Shown: positions 6,607-12,832 of the stretch, in pieces
Layout of the letters: each line of letters begins with the position of its first letter
Position numbering within the stretch: the stretch's first letter is position 1
Assembly (NCBI GenBank): GCA_902785485.1
Contig: CACZZA010000034.1
Coordinates: 1 to 14,217, forward strand
Direction: 5' to 3'
Origin: an uncultured Ruminococcus sp.
GTDB taxonomy: Bacteria > Bacillota > Clostridia > Oscillospirales > CAG-272
DNA length: 14,217 bases
The notes under the pieces: generated by a model
Databases searched by the model: none
Told to the model about the DNA's origin: nothing
Seen by the model: only the letters and a program-made list of their open reading frames with translations
Position numbers and translations under genes: made by a program

Positions 6607-9600
6607 ATGAAGAAAAATATCATTTTTATTACCGTGTTTCTTATCCTTGCGGCGCTGACGCTCGTTTTATCGGGCGTCTCGGCGCTCGGGGCGGAGGAGG
6701 ATGAGTTCAGCTCTCTCCCCGTCGTCTTCGTCGCCTCGCAGACAAAAGGAAACGGCAGCGGGAATTCTCCCGAAAACGCGATCGGCAACAACGCTGATTA
6801 CGGTGAACTGCTTGCAAATAAAAGCAGCAACGCGTATTTGCTCAGCGCTCTGTCCATGGCGTACGGACGTATCGAAATGACCGGAGGCACCATCGTCGTT
6901 TGCGAACCGATCACGGTCGAATGCGCGGACGCGATAAGATCCACGTCACCGGCTGAATTCAATCTTCCTCTCGAAAACTCGGACAAAAGCTTCAAGCTGA
7001 CGTCCGTTTTCAACGGAGTCGACTACGCCGAAAAGAACGGAGCGAAGATCATACTCGATACCGTCGCCTGCAAGAGCGTGGGACTGAACTTCAGAGCCAG
7101 ACAGGTCATCGAAAACATCACAATAGAGTATAAGTACGATACCGGAAACGGTTGGTTCACCAAAGAAAATACGACCGTACTGCTCGCGTTCGGCGGATAT
7201 AAGTCCGTAGTCGGAGAGGGAGTCAAAGTCGTTTCGTCTCCCGCGACCGGCGCGGTCGAGGGAAGATACCCGACTCTCGTTGCCGGACACAGGTACTCAA
7301 ACGTAAGATCCACCGATCTCACCGTCAAGTCGGGAACGTGGAGCTCCGTTATCGCCGGCGGGTACGGATATAAGAGCGAATATCCTGCGAAAGTCAGCGG
7401 AAACGCGCGTCTTGACATTCAGGGAGGCACGATAGACGCGGTTTACGGAGAAGGCGCGAACGACCCGGGCAGAGGAAAGTTTGCAAGGATCGAAGGCGCG
7501 CTCGAAATATTCATCACAGGGAACGCGAAGGTCGCTTCCGCAAACGGCTCTCCCACGAATGAACACTCTGCGAACAAAGAACTGATCTATTCTCCCGATT
7601 GCATAAACCCCGAAAACGTCAAAAACTTCGAGAACGTCACCAAGGACGGCGAGACACGTCCCCAAAGCGCGCCCGCTCCCGTGATCGTCGATCTTGTCAC
7701 CCCCGACAGCATAACGCTCATCAAGGTCGAGGGAGTAGAATACTCGATCGACGGGATAAACTGGCAGACCGAAAACACGTTCGGCGCGCTGACTCCCGGA
7801 ACGAAATATACCGTATACGCAAGAAAAGCGGCTGTCCCGGGCTTTTTCCCGAGCGGGTCCGTAACGTCCGAGATCACGACCGAAACGTCCGACCTCACAG
7901 ACGCGGCTTTTGAAGGAAAACCCGTAGTTTATATCGCGTCGGCTCCGTCCGGAAACGGTGACGGATCGTCTCCCGGGAACGCTCTCGGAAACGCGTCCGA
8001 TTACGCTTCGCTTGTCGCCTCGAAGAACAGCGCGGCGTATCAGAAAAATGCGCTCCATCTCGGGATGATGAAGCTGAAAGAGACCGGAGGAACGCTCGTT
8101 ATCTGCGGTGAGCTGACGCTCGACTCCGCGGACGTTTTCAGACAGACTCCCGCGGAGTTCCAGACGACCGATAAGTACGGCGACGTTCCCGGAACTTTTA
8201 CCGATCCCATCAGGATCACCTCTGTTTACGGAGAAAACGATTTCCGCGCGTCCGGCGCTAAACTCATCCTCGATCAGAACGCCTGCCAAAGCCTTAACGT
8301 ACTGTTCAAGGGACCCGTGCTTATAGACAATATCACGCTCGATTTCGTTTACAGCGGCGGAACGACGTGGGATCCGGGTGAAAAAGCCACGATATATATC
8401 GAATTCAACGGTTACAAATCCGGGATCGGCGAGGGAGTCCAAGTCAATTCCGTTCCCGTCGAAGGCGGAACCCCCGGCAGACTTCCCACACTGATAGCGG
8501 GGCACAGGACCAAAGCAAGCATCGATTCCACGAACCTCACCGTAAGGTCGGGTGACTGGGAAGCGATAATATGCGGTTCTCACGGAAACGGCGAATCGAA
8601 CGCCGGCGAAGTTGCCGGCAACGCAAAAGTCGCCGTCCTCGGAGGAAGCGTCAAAGTTCTTTACGGAGAACAGTATTATAATTCTTCCAAATGCAAGTAT
8701 GCGCGGATAAACGGAGAACTCACCGTTTTGATCGGTGATAAAGCGAGCGTGGGAATAGCCGACGGATCGCTTCTTTCAAAGAGAGCCGACGGAAAAACCG
8801 TATATTATTCTCCTGAGGCTGTTGAAGAAAACGATATACTCAATTTTGCAAATATTATCCCCGTGACCGGATTTGAAGAAAGCTCCGATACGTTCCTTTC
8901 GTATAAAGAAAAAGACGGAGAGGCAGTCATCACGGGTATTACGGACAGAAGGTTTTCCGGAAAGATCACGCTCCCCGAATTCATTGACGGACTTGCCGTA
9001 GTCGGTATCGAAGACGGCGCGTTCGACGGCGTTTCCGGGATCACCCTGCGCGGAAAGACAGGCTCGTTCGCAGAAGAGTACGCCGAGGCGAACTCCGTCC
9101 CGTTTGAATCGACCGGCATCCTGATCATTTACGGAGACGTTAATGACGACAAAAAGGTCAACGTCTCAGACGTCGTTAGACTCAAAAGATATTTTGCCGA
9201 GTATGACTATTTGTCAAACGAGTCGACTGTCGTGATAGGTGAAGGCGCCGACGCCAACGGCGACGGAAAGGTGACTTCTCTCGACGTCGTAAGACTCAAA
9301 AAATATCTCGCCGGGTTCGATTACGCAACCGGAAGATCGGACGTGCCGCTCGGCAAGCCTCAAAGCGGTTATACCCGGAAAAAGACTCCCGATAAATCAA
9401 AACGCGATATAGTTTACGACTATATGGTCTCGATGTCCGAGGTCGTCTGGACCGCGACGAACGACATCGATACGACGGATATAGCAAAAACCCTGAAATA
9501 CAGCGCGGGGGAAGAGTATCACGGTCTGCCGTATATCAACTATGACGTTGACACCGATCTTGAGGAGTTTCTCGAAGTTCTGCGCTTTGACGAAGCGAGC

Positions 9601-10428
9601 GGGAAATATTTTTATGACGAGACCGTGAGGAATAATATCCTCGGAAACGACTGCTCGTCCGCTGTGCTCCTGTCCTGGAAGCGTCTTGACGGCGGTATCA
9701 GCGCGACCACCACTCACGATATGTTCCCGCTCGGTTCATCTACCGGAGTTTACGCTCTCGGCGGGATCAAAGACGACGGGACCGACATTACGAGCGCTAT
9801 AATCTACAATACGGGTGATACGGCATACTATGAAGCGCTTGCGCTCCTTCGTAAAGGGGACGCCGTGCTGACTCATTCCTCCACCGGTCACGTCCGTATG
9901 GCAGTTGACGCTCCGGTCGTCGTAAGGAGCGCAGGCGGCGTTATCGACCCGTACAACTCATATATCACCTGCCTCGAACAGACAAATTTCATGGACAAGA
10001 CGAGGACCGACGGCGTCAAAACGACCTGGTACGTGAATCATACCTACACGTTGTCGCAATTGAGAAATTCCGGGTATATCCCGATCTCCTGCGCGGCTTT
10101 GATGACCGACAGATTCGAGCCTTATCCAGGACTTAAGATCACTTCCAAGGGTGTCACCGCCGCCGACTCACTTCCCGCGGCAACGTATCTCGAGGGAAGG
10201 ATCACATCCAATTATTCGATCCAGAAGGCAACGGTGTCTGTGGAAAACCCGGAAGGGAACACGGTCTTTACGGAGAGTTACAAGCCGCTGTCTTATACGT
10301 TCGACCTCGGAAACGTCTTTTATACGTTGGATCCCGCTTCACTGCCTTCCGGCGAATATACTTTCAAAGTCACTCTTCTCACCGCTTGCGGAGAGGACGA
10401 GGCGCTGAACGCAACTTTTACCAAATAA
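6607..10428 (+). CDS. Secreted 1273-aa multidomain dockerin-containing protein. Domain order: signal peptide; two tandem ~310-aa beta-helix-like domains separated by an Ig/FN3-like domain; a BspA-type LRR unit; a type-I-like dockerin; a C-terminal NlpC/P60-like Cys/His domain.
   Basis: The RBS aaagga lies 8 nt upstream of ATG 6607. Domain assignments are: signal peptide MKKNIIFITVFLILAALTLVLSGVSALGA (aa 1-29); repeat 1 at ~6715-7650 and repeat 2 at ~7918-8880 (about 40% identical by eye, both starting VV(F/Y)(V/I)AS...GNG(S/D)G(N/S)SP.NA, as in right-handed beta-helix N-caps); Ig/FN3-like EGVEYSIDGINWQTENTFGALTPGTKYTVYAR at ~7651-7890; LRR unit ~8881-9110; dockerin DVNDDKKVNVSDVVRLKRYFAEYD...DANGDGKVTSLDVVRLKKYLAG at ~9127-9320; C-terminal domain with GNDCSSAV (Cys codon 9652-9654) and KGDAVLTHSSTGHVRMAV (His codon 9889-9891). 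Confidence 0.85.
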   Translation: MKKNIIFITVFLILAALTLVLSGVSALGAEEDEFSSLPVVFVASQTKGNGSGNSPENAIGNNADYGELLANKSSNAYLLSALSMAYGRIEMTGGTIVVCEPITVECADAIRSTSPAEFNLPLENSDKSFKLTSVFNGVDYAEKNGAKIILDTVACKSVGLNFRARQVIENITIEYKYDTGNGWFTKENTTVLLAFGGYKSVVGEGVKVVSSPATGAVEGRYPTLVAGHRYSNVRSTDLTVKSGTWSSVIAGGYGYKSEYPAKVSGNARLDIQGGTIDAVYGEGANDPGRGKFARIEGALEIFITGNAKVASANGSPTNEHSANKELIYSPDCINPENVKNFENVTKDGETRPQSAPAPVIVDLVTPDSITLIKVEGVEYSIDGINWQTENTFGALTPGTKYTVYARKAAVPGFFPSGSVTSEITTETSDLTDAAFEGKPVVYIASAPSGNGDGSSPGNALGNASDYASLVASKNSAAYQKNALHLGMMKLKETGGTLVICGELTLDSADVFRQTPAEFQTTDKYGDVPGTFTDPIRITSVYGENDFRASGAKLILDQNACQSLNVLFKGPVLIDNITLDFVYSGGTTWDPGEKATIYIEFNGYKSGIGEGVQVNSVPVEGGTPGRLPTLIAGHRTKASIDSTNLTVRSGDWEAIICGSHGNGESNAGEVAGNAKVAVLGGSVKVLYGEQYYNSSKCKYARINGELTVLIGDKASVGIADGSLLSKRADGKTVYYSPEAVEENDILNFANIIPVTGFEESSDTFLSYKEKDGEAVITGITDRRFSGKITLPEFIDGLAVVGIEDGAFDGVSGITLRGKTGSFAEEYAEANSVPFESTGILIIYGDVNDDKKVNVSDVVRLKRYFAEYDYLSNESTVVIGEGADANGDGKVTSLDVVRLKKYLAGFDYATGRSDVPLGKPQSGYTRKKTPDKSKRDIVYDYMVSMSEVVWTATNDIDTTDIAKTLKYSAGEEYHGLPYINYDVDTDLEEFLEVLRFDEASGKYFYDETVRNNILGNDCSSAVLLSWKRLDGGISATTTHDMFPLGSSTGVYALGGIKDDGTDITSAIIYNTGDTAYYEALALLRKGDAVLTHSSTGHVRMAVDAPVVVRSAGGVIDPYNSYITCLEQTNFMDKTRTDGVKTTWYVNHTYTLSQLRNSGYIPISCAALMTDRFEPYPGLKITSKGVTAADSLPAATYLEGRITSNYSIQKATVSVENPEGNTVFTESYKPLSYTFDLGNVFYTLDPASLPSGEYTFKVTLLTACGEDEALNATFTK

Positions 10429-10448
10429 ACCTCAAATAACAGTCCGAC

Positions 10449-10488
10449 CCTCCCGTCGCGGAATGACCGCGGCGGGAGTTCTTTTTTC
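10449..10488 (+). terminator. Strong rho-independent terminator after the large dockerin protein gene.
   Basis: cctcccgtcgcgg (10449-10461) pairs with ccgcggcgggag (10467-10478) with one G-U pair, around the loop aatga. It is followed by ttcttttttc. Confidence 0.8.
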
Positions 10489-10515
10489 CCGACTTCCGCT
10501 CCCTTTCCGAAAAAT

Positions 10516-10545
10516 GTTGACTTTTATTATTCCGGAGTGTAAAAT
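10516..10545 (+). promoter_or_regulatory. Sigma-A-type promoter, TTGACT-18-(TG)TAAAAT, for the downstream dockerin/cohesin-like gene.
   Basis: TTGACT at 10516-10521 and gTGTAAAAT at 10537-10545. The predicted TSS near 10552 excludes the upstream in-frame ATGs at 10463 and 10544. Confidence 0.5.
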
Positions 10546-10585
10546 GGTTTTGAACGGATCACCTCTCGGAAAGGAAAAAAGCAGA

Positions 10586-11548
10586 ATGAGAAGCAGAAAA
10601 AGACTTGCGTTATTTATATTGTTTACGGCTTTGTTTGCCGTGTTTTCGTTTGTTTCTGTTTCTTTTGCTTCGTCGTTTGACAAGATACAACTCACAGGTG
10701 AAGTCCGTATCAAAGGAGACTTAAAAGTCGGAAACGTGCTGACGGCGGATCTTTCGGGAGTTTTTCCTGCCGAAGCGACCTTTGAAACGTCCTGGATCGT
10801 CGACGGAACCGTCAGAGTTTCAAAAGCTGTGTCATTCAGGTTGACGCAGGCGGATCTGGGTAAAAGCGTTTCAGTCAGGATCGACGGAACGGGAGAATAC
10901 GAAGGGAAACTCGTATCAGATCCGGAAAAGATCGGGATCGAACACGGCGCCGACGACCCCGTTTTTTCTGTCGGGAATGTTATTGCTTTTTCCGGCGAAA
11001 AAATCGCCGTTCCGATATACGCCTCGATCAAAAAAGAAATAGCGGTACTTGTGCTGACTCCCGTTGTCCCGCCCGGATTTGTGATCGAAAGGGTAGTGAA
11101 CGGCAACGTTTTCAGTTCGTGCAACTACGAAAAAAACATCGTGCTTGACGGCGGAAACAAAGACGGACTCGCTGTCACTCTTTTCATAACCCCGCCGCAA
11201 AACGTTTCCGCGGGTGTATATCCTCTGGTATTAAATGTTTGGGATTGTGTCAATATGATGGAGAAGACCGTAGTCGTCAAAACGGAAAACGGATCGTTGA
11301 CGTTTACTTCCCCCGGAGACGCGAACGGGGACGGGAGCGTCACCGCCCTTGACCTTATCAGACTGAAGAAATACCTCGCCTCGACCGACGTGACGTCGGG
11401 ATCCTCGGAAATGACCGTCGGCGCGGGAGCGGACGCTGACGGAGACGGCGCCGTAGACGCCCAAGACCTCGCAAGACTGAAGCGATATTTTGCCGAATTC
11501 GACGTAATTTCGGGAAGTTCTCCCGTACTCCTCGGAAAAGTGAACTGA
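10586..11548 (+). CDS. Secreted protein with signal peptide, an Ig-like beta-sandwich domain, a cohesin-like domain and a C-terminal dockerin. It is a candidate adaptor scaffoldin.
   Basis: ATG at 10586 is downstream of the promoter, with the RBS aagga (10571-10575) 10 nt upstream. The signal peptide is MRSRKRLALFILFTALFAVFSFVSVSFA|SS. The Ig-like repeat is KVGNVLTADLSGVFPAEATFETSWIVDGT...LTQADLGKSVSVRI. The cohesin-like segment is FSVGNVIAFSGEKIAVPIYAS...LVLTPVVPPGFVIERVVNG...GLAVTLFITPPQNVSAGVYPLVLN. The dockerin is GDANGDGSVTALDLIRLKKYLAS...ADADGDGAVDAQDLARLKRYFAEFD. Stop is TGA at 11546-11548. Confidence 0.75.
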   Translation: MRSRKRLALFILFTALFAVFSFVSVSFASSFDKIQLTGEVRIKGDLKVGNVLTADLSGVFPAEATFETSWIVDGTVRVSKAVSFRLTQADLGKSVSVRIDGTGEYEGKLVSDPEKIGIEHGADDPVFSVGNVIAFSGEKIAVPIYASIKKEIAVLVLTPVVPPGFVIERVVNGNVFSSCNYEKNIVLDGGNKDGLAVTLFITPPQNVSAGVYPLVLNVWDCVNMMEKTVVVKTENGSLTFTSPGDANGDGSVTALDLIRLKKYLASTDVTSGSSEMTVGAGADADGDGAVDAQDLARLKRYFAEFDVISGSSPVLLGKVN

Positions 11549-11573
11549 CGAGCTGTTTTTGCCCGCCGTGTTT

Positions 11574-11620
11574 GCGGAGTGTCATTCGGAACACTGCGCT
11601 GACACGTCGGGTGTTTTACT
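11574..11620 (+). terminator. Possible tandem-hairpin terminator after the small dockerin gene.
   Basis: gcggagtgt (11574-11582) pairs with acactgcgc (11591-11599), a 9-bp stem with one mismatch. A small acac/gtgt hairpin follows, then tttt at 11614-11617. Confidence 0.3.
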
Positions 11621-11681
11621 ATCGTTCAAAAAAAACGGCGTTAGTATTGCGATTTTTAAGTTTCAGCGCGGTTTTTTCTTC

Positions 11682-11710
11682 TTTACAATACGCTCAAATA
11701 GTATTATAAT
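11682..11710 (+). promoter_or_regulatory. Sigma-A promoter, TTTACA-17-TATAAT, for the YitT-family gene.
   Basis: TTTACA at 11682-11687 and TATAAT at 11705-11710. The RBS aggag at 11728-11732 follows. Confidence 0.6.
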
Positions 11711-11738
11711 AAGTGAAAACAAAGATCAGGAGACCGAT

Positions 11739-12626
11739 ATGAAAAAGAAGATAATTGAATACGGCGCGGTGCTTCTCTTAGCTCTCGCGTTTACTCTGAA
11801 CTATGAATTGTTCGTCTATCCGAACACGTTCGCTCCCGCGGGACTGAACGGTATGGCGACGATGGTGCAATACAAGCTCGGGTTCTCCGTAGGCTATATG
11901 AACCTGCTCCTCAACGTACCCCTTTGTATCGCGGCCTGGTTCATACTCAAAAGGGATTACACCGTCAAAACTACTCTTTTTATCATTGCGTTCTCCGCTT
12001 TTACGCTGATCTTCAAATACCGTCTTATCGACCTTACACCATTCATATATTACACCGATACCGGAACCAGTACGGTCCTCGCTCCCGTTACCGCGGGAGT
12101 CATCAACGGAGCGATCTACGGATTTATCGTCAAGCTGAACGGCTCGACGGGTGGTACTGACGTGATTGCGGGATTTATCCACCACAAGCACCCCGAAAAG
12201 AACCTTATGACTATAATCTTCGTCATCAACGCGTTCGTCGCGGGCGCGTCGTACTTCGTTTACGACTATAAATTCGAGCCTGTCATCTGCTGTATCATTT
12301 ATTCCTATATCACGAGCGAGGTCAGCGACCGCATCATCCGCGGACGCAAGTCTCAGGTCAAGTTCGAGATCGTTACGACCGACTACGAGGCGATCTCGGC
12401 AGACATTATAAACGAGACCCGCCACTCCGCGACCGTAATGCCCGCAAAGGGGATGTACAGCGGAAAAGAGACCGATCTGCTCGTCTGTGTCGTCAATAAA
12501 CATCAGGTAGTCAAACTCCAGGAGATAATAAGCCGTTACCCCGGTTCTTTCGCCTATATCAGCCCCGTTTCCGAGACCTTCGGAAACTACGATCTGAAGG
12601 GAGCAAAAAAGAAAAAATCCCTTTGA
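11739..12626 (+). CDS. YitT-family membrane protein (DUF161 repeats with a C-terminal DUF2179 domain).
   Basis: ATG at 11739 (MKKKIIEYGAVLLLALAF...) is 6 nt downstream of the RBS aggag. The protein is multi-pass hydrophobic with GSTGGTDVIA. The C-terminal soluble domain ATVMPAKGMYSGKETDLLVCVVNKHQVVKLQEII is typical of the YitT/DUF2179 family. The listed ORF start at 11559 is an upstream in-frame extension. Confidence 0.8.
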   Translation: MKKKIIEYGAVLLLALAFTLNYELFVYPNTFAPAGLNGMATMVQYKLGFSVGYMNLLLNVPLCIAAWFILKRDYTVKTTLFIIAFSAFTLIFKYRLIDLTPFIYYTDTGTSTVLAPVTAGVINGAIYGFIVKLNGSTGGTDVIAGFIHHKHPEKNLMTIIFVINAFVAGASYFVYDYKFEPVICCIIYSYITSEVSDRIIRGRKSQVKFEIVTTDYEAISADIINETRHSATVMPAKGMYSGKETDLLVCVVNKHQVVKLQEIISRYPGSFAYISPVSETFGNYDLKGAKKKKSL

Positions 12627-12649
12627 GATCAGTTCATATAAAAGCCTAA

Positions 12650-12693
12650 AACAATAATGGTATATTCAAGTTTGCGGATATACCATTATTGTT
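12650..12693. repeat. Perfect 16-bp AT-rich inverted repeat (AACAATAATGGTATAT - 12 nt - ATATACCATTATTGTT), either an operator or an atypical terminator between yitT and aspA.
   Basis: Left arm 12650-12665 is the exact reverse complement of right arm 12678-12693. The stem is extendable to 18 bp inward. No T-tract follows. Confidence 0.6.
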
Positions 12694-12775
12694 ATATAAA
12701 ACGGTATAAAATTTATATATTTATATTTTGTTCATAAATCGAGTTATATTTGTTAAACAATTTCAAATGCGCTTA

Positions 12776-12784
12776 TGCTACAAT
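12776..12784 (+). promoter_or_regulatory. Extended -10 element TGcTACAAT for aspA. No good -35 is evident.
   Basis: tgctacaat at 12776-12784, about 48 nt upstream of ATG 12833. An A/T-rich region lies upstream. Confidence 0.4.
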
Positions 12785-12832
12785 ACGCACGATTTGTATC
12801 AAATATCACCATGTAAAAAAGGAGAAATCATC

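Noticed and set aside
10463-10585. Upstream in-frame starts for the small dockerin protein, ATG 10463 and ATG 10544.
   Set aside because: ATG 10463 lies in the loop of the preceding terminator. ATG 10544 lies inside the predicted -10 element. The signal-peptide-like N-terminus begins at ATG 10586, downstream of the promoter.
11559-11738. An upstream extension of the YitT-family ORF.
   Set aside because: The region contains the terminator-like hairpins and the TTTACA/TATAAT promoter. The protein start with RBS is at 11739.
12694-12775. An AT-rich block with short palindromic ATAAAATTTATAT-type strings upstream of aspA.
   Set aside because: The dyads are low-complexity A/T sequence with many equivalent alignments. 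It is best read as generic AT-rich promoter-upstream DNA; only the 16-bp perfect palindrome at 12650-12693 stands out.
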